Shown here: positions 12,507 to 28,045 of the stretch, piece by piece | Numbering within the stretch: the first letter of the stretch is position 1 | Layout: the number at the start of each line of letters is the position of its first letter | From: Perkinsus olseni | Lineage: Eukaryota | Direction: 5' to 3' | Assembly: GCA_013115125.1 (NCBI GenBank) | Contig: JABANN010000132.1 | Coordinates: 1-63,848 of the forward strand | Length of the DNA stretch: 63,848 bases | Program-made: the position numbers and the translations under genes | Notes under the pieces: model-generated | Seen by the model: the letters and a program-made list of their open reading frames with translations, nothing else | Databases searched by the model: none | What the model was told of the DNA's origin: nothing

Positions 12507-12704
12507 TCATTGCCTTGTCTGCCACTCGGGAATTACTCGCGTTATAAAGTTCTCAATGTACTCCTTAAGCAGGTCGTTCTCCTCCTCCAGGGCAGCATTC
12601 TGCAGTCTGACCTCCTCCGCCCTGTACGTCATCTCGCTGAGAGTCTTCTGCAGCTCCATCGCTTTCTCTATCAACGCAGCTCGGTGACGCGAATCCAGCG
12701 GCAT
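12507..12704 (-). CDS. SCOC: Short coiled-coil protein (SCOC/DUF2205-like)
   Basis: RAALIEKAMELQKTLSEMTYRAEEVRLQNAALEEENDLLKEYIENF resembles the SCOC core (LI..VLELQ.TL..L..RV..V..EN..L..EN..L..YIENL). Confidence 0.75.
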   Translation of the reverse strand: MPLDSRHRAALIEKAMELQKTLSEMTYRAEEVRLQNAALEEENDLLKEYIENFITRVIPEWQTRQ

Positions 12705-12812
12705 TGAAGGCTACCGATCGCAGGAACTGAAGGGAGAGGCCTACTCGAACTCAAAACTGACGGTGAGGTAAAAAAGAAACTTCTAATAACGCGGGCGGTT
12801 CTTCGCTGTCTG

Positions 12813-13864
12813 CTACGATTTCACGTCGATCAGGGTTATGGCCACGACGACGGAGAGCATGAGCAGCACTGTGAAGAACATGAGGCATGCGCTGAGCATG
12901 CGTTTAGTGCACCAACAGTCACCACCACAACACTGGCAGCATCTCCATGCAGTAGGGGCATCCGAACCATCAGTTAAGGCAGCGGTTATCCATCTATAAG
13001 GAAAAACAGAGGAAGGCTCGGAGACCTCTGCTGCCCCTACCTCATGGGGCCAAAGCCCTGCCTGGCGATGAGAAGACGTGCGGGGGCATCCTCAGCAGGA
13101 TCCTCCTCGTCGGGGTCGCGGAGAGGTAATAACTCCCGTTCGCTAACTGTAGATGGTCGGAATATCCCCAACAGAGGGCACCACGATGCAAAACTGAGAA
13201 GGCGAGCTCATCTCCGGCCAAACGCGTTCGATCCGCGTGGAGACGTCAACGAGGGTAGAAGCACCTATTGACGAGGGGATGAACAGCGTTACCCTTCCCC
13301 AGCATCCCGGTCCTCGGTCGCAAACTCGGTGTCGTTAATAAGCCTTTCAGTGTAGCCTGTGCGCATTGGCCTGACCGTCACTGTTCTTCAAGGAATTTGG
13401 CTTTTATCGTCCTACCGCCGTACTCCACTTTCATTGTGAGCCTGTCGGTCATCCGCACCGAGGAGCTCTCTCTGTCGCTGCTCTATCTCCTGGGCACGAT
13501 GGACCTCCTCAGCATGCTTAAGATCGATCTCCTGTTGGAGGCGCACTTCCTCATGGGACTGTAGCGTCTGTGCCAGCTTGAGGTCAGCGTCCTGAACGAC
13601 ACTTCAACCAGCACGAAGGCCATCCAAAGGCCCCCCCCACCTCTTGCTCCTCTCTGGCGGCCTCGGCCTCTCGTTCCTGATACCTTCGCTGGTGCCGCTG
13701 TCTAAGAGAAATCGTTCTCGCATAGAACCCTGTCTCCGCCGTCCCGCGCACTACCGGTAATCGTCCAAGACTGCTGCAGGCCTGCTGCTGTCGCTGGCGG
13801 AGGCGGCTGGGCCCGGATCGTCACGATCATTCTGATATGAGGAAGATGAAGAGGATGATGCCAT
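12813..13864 (-). CDS. Hypothetical multi-exon protein with a coiled coil and a Cys-rich C-terminal transmembrane tail
   Basis: Exons: MASSSSSSSYQNDRDD..., QEREAEAAREEQE, DADLKLAQTLQSHEEVRLQQE..., final AWRCCQCCGGDCWCTKRMLSACLMFFTVLLMLSVVVAITLIDVKS*. Confidence 0.55.
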
Positions 13865-14186
13865 TGATGAAGCAGCCGAGAAGATCTTGAGCACCGGGTA
13901 ACCGGTAGAAATGTCAGTCCTGGGGTTCGAACCTGGGACATTTTTGTGCGACTTGACGCCCCGCTCCCTCTGCGCATGCGTGCCTCGCTTGAATGTGTGT
14001 CATTGGCTAGCCTTTCTTATTCAACGTCTTCATGCATTTATAATCGTATTCGTGAGTGTAATTGCCTGTTCGCAGTGGATTCTTCCCCGTTATCGAGAGG
14101 ACCAATATAAAGTTGAGAGCTGCCAGGGGTGACGAGTCATAGCAAAAGTCACAGTTGGCGCGTTCTTGTGCGGCACTCAGCTGATA

Positions 14187-14950
14187 ATGAGGTGCACCCG
14201 CCTCTCACTCCTCATCCTCCTACTCGTCAGGCGTGTGGCGACTGATGGAGCTTCTCTGCGTGTATCGGCTGGCCCTTCCCCCTTCTCCTTCCCTCCCAAC
14301 TGCTCAGAGACCGCTAAGCCGAAAGACTTCCCCTTCTGCGCAACCGGAGAACTGGATCTCGGATTGAAGTGGGTTGTTAATTTTGATACTTATTTCTTCG
14401 ACAATTATCACCCGAGCGAGAGTGTGCTGCTCGGTCTCGACATGACTATCAATAAAGGCATCCCGGGAGTCTTGAGGTTCGAACTGGTGGCTGCGCAGTC
14501 CCCTTCGTGGTTGATCTACTGCCCAAGTGGCAGCCCCACTTGTTCGAGTCCGGCGTCAGGATCTGTACCAAAGGAGGTGGCCCGGGTAAATATGACCCCA
14601 AGACCAAAAGCTACTCGGCGCAGTTCAACATCACTGGCGACTCGGCACTGTATAGTAACGGTGTAAAATCGACCTGGCTCGTAGCACCGTTTGAGGCTGT
14701 TGGTAAAGCGTGGGTTAAACCCCATTTCGACATGGGGCTCGACGCAACGGTGGTCAACTCCGGCGGGGACCCGAATAACCTTCAAGTATCCCTTGACTTC
14801 ATCAACACCGTCGCTACGGTGGACGGCTCCGTCATGACGTGGCACTTGTTCAACGGTATGAGCTTCGACATGTACTCGAAGCCGACTGGCCATCACTATG
14901 TCAATAAGACTTTCGTAGACAAGATCATTCAGCTTCAGCCTCCACAATAA
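14187..14950 (+). pseudogene. Family A paralogue 3, with a 1-nt frameshift near 14470
   Basis: ORF 14166-14666 carries the N-terminal half (MRCTRLSLLILLLV...GPSPFSFPPNCS) and ORF 14507-14950 the C-terminal half. Restoring one base in ggagtcttgaggttcgaact gives the conserved LEVRTGGCA. Confidence 0.75.
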
Positions 14951-15769
14951 GGCTTCGCCCGAGGAGCCAACAGTTGTCTATCGCGTGAGCAGCAACATGC
15001 CCGTCTCCAGTAGCTGCGGATGTGCCATGTATTTAGTCTTGTCCGACGCCCATCAAGTTGGCGGAGGCCAGCTCGATATGGGCTTCAAATTCTTCGGTCA
15101 CTGGGCATTTGTTTCGGTCGCTTTGTTCTGCAATATTCAGAAGATTATCGAGAGGTGTCAACTCCTTGCAATTGTTCTTTTTCATGACCATCTGTCATTC
15201 TAAAGGCTTCAATGTGGTGTTGCTTAGTGGGACCCTCTCTGCGGGACGATTTCGCCAACAATTTAGTATGTCGCATCAGACGAGGATGGGATCTAATTCA
15301 GTCAACTGCGTCAAAACGATATAGTTACAAATGGAACACGTCTGGCGGCTACAATGTCGGAGTCACGTCTGGCGGTCGTGAGTAGCAGCTCATGTACCTG
15401 TACGGGGGGTTAGAATCCTCATCCTCAAGGTAACTACGTTCGGAAGAGAAGCGGCGGGTGTAGCGTCAAATTATCCACAGGCCAACGCAATATTCGGAAG
15501 GTAGTGAAGAGCATGAGCTTGGGCTCCCGGTTCACTCAAGTGTCCTGCATTGAACCAGTCTGGCGGATTTCTTTATCGGACCGCACCCGCTGGGGGTTCG
15601 GGGGTTCGGGCAAGTCCAATGGCCAAAGCCGTCAGTCGCAGGTTTGCTAAGGGTGGCTTATCGAGGATTGCCTACTCTCTGCCTACTTACCTGTTCATGA
15701 CTGGGACCTGTTCTTCTCTGCAGCGTGTGGCTTCTTTTCGTGTTATCTCGGCATGAGTTCGCAGCTGGA

Positions 15770-18700
15770 TGGGTCCGAGATATCGGCATCAGAGCTGCAG
15801 CAGCATCCAGACTCGTGAGGAAGTTTCTGCTGTATTGGGAGAAAGGCAGGACTTCACCGGCCTCCGAGTGTGGGAACCTGCTGGCAGTTGAGGCCTATGG
15901 CTTCTCAGGGGGAGTAGTCACCGAGGGTCGGGAGCTCATTCCTCTTCCACCCTGCCGCATCGAATGGTACACCAGTCGCTATCTGGAATTGGATACCACG
16001 TTTTTGTCAACTTCCAGCGTGGAGTTCATGAGCGGTGGAGTTTGCGAGGTCACGTGCTTGCTGGTAGTTCAATTCTATATGTCGATTGTTGTTGTTGTGA
16101 CATCACCATGAGGGTCACTGGAATCTACCCACCAACAGTGCCCGCTTTCGACCTCTGGCTGGCCCTCTTCTGTGCTGTCACTGAGTGTTGCACATCGTTC
16201 TTGATATTTACCCCCGCTATAACTGAGACCTTCTCTCAGAACTTTTTGGTAAGTCCAAGACGCTGGCATTCCACGGCGGCATCTCTAGCACGATTCACTG
16301 AGCTTCGTGTAGTTCTCGAGGTCGATACGCTCGTAGAATGAGTACGCTATGGGGTGCTGAGGCAGCAGTGTAGTTCAATAAGCCCGTGCCACCAACCTCG
16401 TCGCTCAGGTCTTTCTCTTCAGATCCTGGGCTTGGTCATAACTATCATAACGAGCCAGTTGACGGTATCGTCAGCGTTCGAGTGGACGATGAAAACAGTC
16501 ATCGCTTCTTGGTATGGGGCTGGCTTCGGATGCGCCATAGTAGCATTCGCAACCGCTGTCAACCATAACCACTACAACCCATATATCGGTGTTGCTGTGT
16601 CGATCCCGTTCGCGATATTCGTCTGCCTTGCTGAACAGGCTAATGTGACTCACTGTAAGCTGAGTGCCGTCTACAGAGGCGATAAGGCTCTCTTACTCAT
16701 CATGATTGTGGTTGTTTTTGGAGGAGACGTTCCCTACTGGGCTGCACTGACTGCCTGCATAGCGTACACGACAGGAACTACCATAACGCTGTTGGGCACC
16801 CTCATTCTTTGGTGTCTTCATCTCTTGCCGAGACCAGGCCCACCTCCAATGGCTTGGCTCGGTCTCTGCATGTCTGAGTACTTCGAGGAGATCTCGTCCG
16901 TCGCCCCTGTTGGAGAGATTCAGCAGGAGGAGCTCGATCAGAAGTGGAAGAGGCTCGACAGGGCTGCTGCGGCCGCGGCTGAAACGCCCGATTCTCATCT
17001 GCGCGGCATCATTTTTTCTATGGTGTCGTCACTATCAACCTTGGCTCACGCTATCAAGCACGCCTCCTTCAGTGAGGCTGCGGTGAAGCAGCTATGGGAG
17101 CCCGTCGATCATTCTCTGAACGTCATACGAGTTGAAGCGGTGTGCCGGCTACGGCCAAGCCCAGACACTCGAGTAGCGAAATTGGACTTGTACAGTCTCG
17201 CGATATCCTTGCGGAAGAAGAGCACCGATGCCTTGGCAGCTCATACCATTTGGATCGAGTCGGGCGATATGAGACCTATCTCGGAGTCGGAGTTGGCTCG
17301 ATTCGACTTCTGCACGCGGGAGATCGCTAACTACGTCGAGCTAGTCGCGGACTTTCTTTTCCGAGTGAACAATCCCCCGTCATCAATGAAGACCGCGTGG
17401 GCTCATTTCAAGTCTAGTGTTAAGAAGTGGATCAAAGCGCCATTGTTTAAGCGACTGAATCCCCCCACCCCGTGGCTCGTTCGATTGGCCTACCCGATTC
17501 GGTCGGGCGTGGGTGCCTGTGTCGCTGGTTGGATTATACTCGCCCTGTCGGAGACGCTGGAGCCCGTGCAGGACTACGGGCTGTGGATGATGCTACCATG
17601 CGTATTCTGTTTCCTGCCGACCCCCGGCGCATCCTTAGTGAAGGGGACGAGGAGGGTCATGGGCACTGTATGCGCGGGGGCACTTGCTATCGCCTGCGTT
17701 AGCATTCACCCCTACAACAAGGCGGCCTTTTTTGTGGAACTCTTCGTCGTGTCTTTCATTGGCAAGTTGCTTAAGTGCAGTCCTAGAGTCGATTATGCTG
17801 GTCTGGTCTTCGCCTTCACTTGGGTCATCGTTGGCCTCGCAGCAGGAACCGACACTCATTTGGAAGAGAGTGATATGGTGCTTCGCTCCGTCTACAGGGC
17901 CATATTAACGACGTGTGGTGTTATCCTGGCTACACTCATTTCTACACTCATGGTTCCAGAGTTCGCCTATGGCCGCTTGAGACGTGCCACCGCTCGAGCG
18001 ATCGAGAAGCAAGGCGAAATGGTCGCAGATTCTGTGGAGCTGGTGCAAGACGCCGAACCCGCGAGCAGAATACGCAAGTCCCTCGATGAGAGGGTTATTT
18101 CAGCAGGCGATGAACTGCTAGAGATCAGGGGTGAAAGATGGTCCCAGGTCACCGATGCTACAGTAGAAACGAAACTGTTCTCCTGTCTGAGAGGCTTGCT
18201 CAGGAGCGATGAGCGTCATGTTAACGCCGCTCATATAATCGCCTGCCAGCCCCTCCTGGACCGGCTGAACAGGCGCACTATGGTTGTGGTGACTGCGGCG
18301 GGGTCTTTCCATCCTAGCTCAGAGGAATCTAGGGGTCGGTTTGATGAGATCCTTGGTGGTCTCACGCCGTTCATATCGGACATGAGGACTGCTGGCCAAG
18401 AGCTCGCGAGGGTCACCAACAATCATGGCAGTCACCGCGGTCTCTGGGATGCCCGTTCAAGAAAGTTCGATGAGGCTCTGATGAGTCTGACCAGGGTCGA
18501 GAGCAAGATGCGCACGGCCATCCCGGCCTCCCGGAAAAGGCGGGCAAGGAGTGATGTGGACGAGGCGAAGGAGGAGGACCTCAGTGATGTGTATGCTATT
18601 CTACGAGCGTTGTCTTTGTTCATGGAAGCCTGGCGAGACGTTGAGCATATGATGTACTTTGGTTATGTTAAGGACAGTGTTAATCCTTTTGACGTGAGCT

Positions 18701-18843
18701 CTCTGGGCAGAAGTCGGGAGATGAGGAGAATGCCCACCCTTGGAGTGGCGCGTCTTCGTGCGTACTCAAGTGTCAGCGAAGCTGAGTCAACCCGCGATGA
18801 TCACACTGCTACTCCCACTAGGAGCGAGAGGCGATCATCTTGA
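15770..18843 (+). CDS. Multi-pass membrane transporter, ALMT / aromatic-acid-exporter (FUSC-like) family; 5' exons approximate
   Basis: Long ORF 16354-18843 has two hydrophobic blocks, including IRSGVGACVAG...YGLWMMLPCVFCFLPTPGASLVKGTRRVMGTVCAG...DYAGLVFAFTWVIV...R....GV, typical of the ALMT/FUSC_2 TM module. Confidence 0.7.
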
Positions 18844-19079
18844 TGTAATTCTCTGCAACTATTTCTTCTGTTTCCACGTATCAATAAGCCGTAACTCCAG
18901 GTCATGCGGGTGACCATTTTATCAGCGGTTTCATTTATATCATATTCACTGTCTCAGCAACAGTGTTGTGTTGGTTGGTAACTGGAAGGGTCGGAATTGC
19001 CAACTTGTGGTCATCGGGACACTATAGAACGCAAGGACAGAATTTCTAGAGGACTCCACGGCGCGGTGGGGACATGCTC

Positions 19080-22088
<3,009 letters not shown>

Positions 22089-22281
22089 AGCAGGCTCTGG
22101 TGGTGGATGCCAAGCGAACAGCGAGGGAGCCTGTCGATAACTCGGCAATTGCTATGATGAAACGGGTGAAATGTGGTATGCATAACAATGATCACACTCA
22201 TAATACACACCGAAGATGTCACTGAAAATAAGTCAAAAATACAAGGCAGCCACGGCCGTAGCGCTGACACAGCTGGGGCTG

Positions 22282-25200
22282 CTAACTGAGGGTTTGCGGT
22301 ACGAAAAAGGAGGTTATTGCTCGGCCAAAGCGCTTGGCGTAGTCCTCGGGGTGGATGACCGTAGGGGCCACATCCAGCCGGGAGAAGCGAGGCCCCCATA
22401 GCTCATCTGACAAAGATCCGCTCGAAGCGACTTGAGTAGCAAAAACGACGACCCCGCCATCTAGCAGAGGTGAATCGGTTCATCCCCGGGCTTACTCATC
22501 AATTTCCTCGCGTCTGCGGAGGCGTTGCGTACCAGAGGGACCTCCACCGGGCCTGACACTTGGACGTCGCCCGACTCAGATGCCGCCGCGTCACTGGAGG
22601 CCATAGGAGGTATCAATAGACTTGCTGCCTCGGGGTCCGGAGCGGCAGCGACTGGCGACCCGTTCGACGGTCCTCCTCCTCGGGAATGCGCCAGGCTGTT
22701 GCCCGCAGACATGGCCGTCTTCAAGAGGGTCTCCAGCTGCTTCTCCCAAGTGTACGGCCGGAAGTAGTCGATCATCCCAAACGACACTTGTAGTGGGCCA
22801 AGGTCGGGGCCGCAAGCTAGAGAGCACGGCGAGTCCTCAGAGGGGGCGCGGCACTCATGAGGAGCGTAGATCCGCTGCCGTCTGAAGGCCCCTCCGCCGG
22901 CGTTATCAGGAGCCCTGTGCAGCATGAGCAGTAGGGAGTAGTCCACTATGTAGAGCTTGGAGAGGAAGTAGGTGTCGTTCCTGACGGCGCTGTCGAGGTA
23001 GAGATAGTCCTCTGGGGAGAGGGTGAGGGGTAGGCCACGCGTCCACTCGCGGAAGTTTTGGTCCCACAGAACCACGTCTGGCCCCTGTACTGGGTCCGAG
23101 GACTCGACAACTGGCGCAGCTTCATCAGGGCTCGCCGATCCATCAACACCCGATGACGTAGCCTCTCGAAAGGCTCTCTTCGGCCCCACTCCCTTCAGGT
23201 CGAACAGCAGCAGGTCCTGCCTCTGGCTAGCGCTGAGGTGGTGCTCGAGATGGCGCATGACGATGAAGGTTCGACGGTATTGTCGCCCACCCGCCTGCTT
23301 ATGGGTGACCGTGAACATACCATAAAGCTCAATTAACGTAGTGGGCATATTCTGGAAGATACGCTTGGCGTCATACCAGAACAGAGCCTCGCCATTCTCC
23401 TCTATGAAGTCCTGCTCCCGGGCCTTCAGCGCTTTGAAGATGTACCGGCCATTATGACTGACGTAGAAGGAAGCACCGCTCTTGCCTCCAGCGGGCCGCA
23501 GCCGTCTTGTGTGGCGAACCGATCGTATGAACTCCAAATCACCACCGCACATCCAATGCCTGAACGCGTGCCACTGCAGGGCGTAGTAGACTCGGACCTC
23601 CCAGCTGTGCTTCTCATTAGAGAACTCGATATCAACATGAGGGGAGACGTCCCCAGTGGCGCCCTCGGGGCCTGCCAGAAGGGCGGTTTTGACCCACAGG
23701 GCCTCGGCTTCACTAAGCCCTCGGCCACTGGCAGTCCTGTAGCTTCGGGGACCACTGCCAGCGGTGCAAGTCGGCCACTCGGTGTCCCTCCCCTCGTCAC
23801 TCTCACCGTTACCGTCATCGTCGCCATCGCGGTCCCTCAACTGCGGAGGCAGCTTCGGCTCGGTATGCAGCTCGGGATGGTTCATGAGATCCTCCGTCGT
23901 GAGGGGGTTCCCTGCGCACCAGGCCTCCTCTCGGCACACAGGGCAGCCCTCGGAGGTGTTCAGGAACTCTTCCGTCAGTTGCCGCATCTTCGTCTTCATC
24001 TGCTCACTCGCCAGAGCATATGCTACCCAGGAGCCGACGTCATCATCGTCAACGACAACACAGGCCATGTCCCCCGGTCTGTGCAGAGTTAGCTTGGCCT
24101 CCTGCGGTTTGATGATCTCCCGCACCTCATTAACTCGCTGGTAGATGCCAGCACAAGCCTGACCCGCGAAAACAGCTAGCTCTCGGACGCTACGCCGCAC
24201 CCGACCCTTCTGGTCTTCTTCTGGCAGACCGACTACACAAGGGGCCGAGGTGGAGCGTCCACGCAGGGCAGTGGCGACGCTCGGTACATCGTCAGCAGAG
24301 GGCAGTGACGCCACCCGTGTCGATCTACTCATAGACCCCAGGCGGGCCTCGGCCTCTGGGAGGGTGGCAGCGTAGGACGAGGGCCCCTGAGCATCCTTCT
24401 CTGCCTCCGGCGGCACCTTGGGGGAGGAAACTCCAGTCTCGCCGGTCTTGTCCACACCATCCGTGAGGGGTTGAAGACACTCGAGAACGCGATGGGAGAT
24501 GCTCCGGCAAGCCGAGAATATTTCATAGCGTACCGAGTTGAGGACGAGCGAGTCCCCTCTGTCCGTCGGAGCCGCTACGACGAAGGCGAGCATGGCGTGC
24601 AGGGTCGACTCGATGGCCTTGATACCCTCCAGTGCCCTCTTCGACACCGCCCGGCACTCCCATAAACCCCACTCCAAGACGGAGCGTTCCAGCTCGGAGA
24701 TGAGCTTTCTGACACCTCTAGCGAAATCCAGAGCTAGGTCACGCAGGAGTCTGATGTCCTCCGCCTTAGTGCAGCAATCATCGCGTCCCCAATAGGCCGA
24801 CGTGTCTCGGCTGAGTACCAGCGAATGACAGGGGGCGCTGCGCCACTCGAAGCTGCAGATCTTCTTGGCACCCCGGCAAGCGAAGAGGTGAACATGGTCT
24901 CTGAAGACTGAGTGAGGGCAGCAGTCGAGGGCGTCGGGCAAGTGCAGGAGGGCTCGAGGGTCGGTAGTAGCAGTGTAGTTGTGGAAGAAGAGTTCCAGAA
25001 ACTTGCCGAGGGAGATGCGAGACCCGTCTTTGGTCAGCTTCACCCTCGGTGTCACGTTCCTTGAGCACACCCTGCAGTATCGCCAGGTGTCGATGTCGAA
25101 GCCCGCCTCAGTGGTCTCAGTCGGGGTGTTTTGCATGTAGGAGAGGACCTGCTCTCCCGACCACCGCTCGGCTCGGACGATGACCCGGCCATGGCAGTGT

Positions 25201-27946
25201 TGCCAGCAGAGGGCGCTGGCCCCGGTGATGGGGACATGGACAGTATCACCGCTGTTGCGGCTGTCACCGAGGCTTCCTCCTCCGCCCATGATACGCCGAA
25301 CGACATACTCCGCTAGGGTGATGTCTGATGCGTGGGTCTTATCTTGAGGGTTTCTGTCGGAGTACATCCCGAACGTGTGGGGCTTGGGATGGCTAGCATA
25401 CTTCTCAGCCTGTCCAACCATGTAGACCATGGCCGGCAGAGACTGGCTGTCGCCCTCCTCCCACGAGTACTGCTGCAGCCGCTTCACGTGGTCTATGTTG
25501 TTCGAGGCAGGCACTATCATATCTAACGGCATTCGAGTGCACCGCGACAGAGAGGGCGAGCTGCTGAGGGGGTGGCAAGAAGCGTAGTGCTCGTCGATGA
25601 AGGTGTCCTGGAAGAACTCCGTCTGCGTGAGGACAGCGTAGCCGACTTTAACAGCCCATTTGGTACACACTCGAGCAGCCTTGAGCAGAAATCGATCAGC
25701 TGATCGATGGCCGACCGTCTTCAAGCAGAGCGACGCCAGCCTAGAGTTGCTGCCCCCCTTGATGACCATATTAACGCTGCGAAGGGGTACGCGGCCCTCC
25801 ATCGGGGGGTTGTCGTTCGGAACGATCTGAGAGGAGGAAGTGGAAAAATCCGCGGGCCTCGACGGTACCAACCTTCCATTGCTGAGCCACGCCAACAACA
25901 TGAGTCATATGCTGGGCATGCGCCACGCTGAGGACGTCCATGCCGGCCAGTACCACTCCTCCCGCTGCACTAGCGGCCAGCTCGAGGTTGTGCTTCGGCA
26001 CGTGTACGCAGACGCTTACACCAGCTTCCATGAGAGCATCCAACGCCCGCCTGACACACGAACGATGAAGCAACGAGCGAGGAACGATTCACTCACCTCG
26101 TAACTCGTCCGCCGCAAAGCAGGATCTCTACCGGCGTAGCGGGGCCCCCTAGGGACACTATCTTCCTCACCACAATGTCGATGTAGCTTTGCTCCTGGGC
26201 ACGAAGGAAGTCCATGGGGATATAGCCGGACTTGTTGGGAGCCTCGAACTCAATCGAGCCCTCGATGCACAGGATACCAGCATTGGCTCGCCATAAGGGC
26301 ATCTCAGAGTTCGCTACGTTGTGGTGGAACATGGCTCCTCTTAAATAATAGCTAGGCTCCAGAGAAGGAGTAGTCGTCCCGGAGTCGTAGTCGCTTCCCG
26401 TCAGTGTCCGGACTTTCACCAGCTTCAGAATGTTCATGTTGTTCTCACCGCAGCCACCGGGCCCGCCACCCCCACCTTCAGCCAGCGGCAGGAGCTTGTC
26501 CTGAATGCCCTCTACTGCCTGCCACGCGAGAGCCATGGTGACCTCGTAGTTGTCATCTGTAAAGTACTCTCCCATGCACGCCTTGCAGCACTCTTTCACA
26601 GTCCACTTCCAATGCTCCAGCATCGCATGCCTCAGCTCTCCACGCTGAGCATCCCCCCTACTCGAAGGGGTGGCTGCTGCCTCCCCCTCAGCAATGGAGT
26701 CCTCCGCCTCCTGCGTCCCCGAGCCATGAACGCGAGTCTCCGATACGCTTCTCTGTGGCGCTTCCAGATCAATCTCCTTGAGGCCGGCAAAATCATCGCG
26801 ACCTTCGAAGAGATTCTCTAGCGGCCTGCTCAACGCCTGCTGGTCCGCTGCTGGGGCCGAGCGAACCGAGAAGGTGGTGAGGGCATGAGCCCAAATTGAA
26901 GCTGACACCTCGGTATCGTCGACCCTTGCCGAGTTCTCACTCCTAGCATCGCTCTCTTCCCCTTCACTAACGGAGAACTCCGCGCTGTGCAGACCGAGGT
27001 TGCTGCTGAGTTGTCTCTTCCTGCCAGTGCTCTCAGAAGCATCCGAACCTCTAGACTCCCCCAGCCTTGCCATGGTCGTGCTCCAAGCACGCTCCCTTGC
27101 CCGAGAACTGTACGACAAGGGGCTCCTGGGCGACGACACTAGAGTGTCAAGAGGCAACATCATCTGCAGAGCAACTCCCTCCTCGCCTCTAGCCAGTAGC
27201 CGTTGAGCGTCCGGGGAGTGCTGTAGCATCGCCGCGTGGCAGTGGTCACAGACACGGTGCTGGCCCTCGATGAAGTGGTTGCTACACCGGTAACAGAAGA
27301 TACGACCGCATATCCGGCAGTGATGTTTCCGACGGAAAGCGTGGAAGGTCCTCGAACAGCCAAAACAGGCGGTGCATTTCTCGTCCGGCATCCAGAGGCT
27401 CCGCTGGTCCCCACCGTCGAGTACGGGGCGGCTGCGATAAGGCGGGCTGTTGCATATATCATGATGAGCCTCCGATAGCTGGTGGCTGCTACTGGAGATA
27501 GAGCTCTCCGCAGCAGCTGGAACAGCCCGGCCGAACGAGCTCCTTCTCGACCTCCGTCCCTGCGGCGTGCCGACCACACCAAGCACAGAGCGCGCCGTCC
27601 GCTTCCACCAGGTATTGAGGCGCCCCCCAAGAGTGTGGTCGCTTCCAACATCAGAGTCCTGGTCACTGGCGACCTCGCTGCCCTCATTGGTGTCATCGGG
27701 GATCGGTGATAGAGTTAGATGGTTGGCCTCCGTGATCACCGGCGGAGGGGCCTGCATTCTCCTCGACACCAGTCCGGTGATATGTGGCGCTGAAGAGGAG
27801 GTGCTGATACCTCGAGGAAGGCCACCACTGCCCCGGTATGGGGTCTCCTTCAAGTTCCCTTCCGCATCGTAGATCCTCACGTCCACCGATGGTGACCCGC
27901 TGCCGTGCCCTGAGCCGCTACCGCCACCGTCATCAGAGTCGGCCAT
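22282..27946 (-). CDS. FAB1: FYVE-domain phosphatidylinositol-3-phosphate 5-kinase (PIKfyve/Fab1)
   Basis: FYVE domain WMPDEKCTACFGC...RRKHHCRICGRIFC..C; CCT-like segment; PIPK motifs GGKSGASF, FDLKG, DYSLL, MIDYFRPYTWEKQLE; last exon PTVIHPEDYAKRF...*. Confidence 0.92.
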
Positions 27947-28045
27947 GCTACCGACAAGCACGCTATTCAACCCGAATGACCGCTCCTCCGTGACCCCATA
28001 ACCAACACGGACCAACATGCTCGGTTTAGACCGCAACTAAAAACG

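Noticed and set aside
13909-13945. GGTTCGAACC T-loop/B-box-like motif in an imperfect hairpin
   Set aside because: No acceptor, D or anticodon arms can be built on either strand, so it is not called a tRNA.
15337-15376. cacgtctggcgg repeated twice
   Set aside because: Only 12 bp and two copies; not an array and not CRISPR-like.
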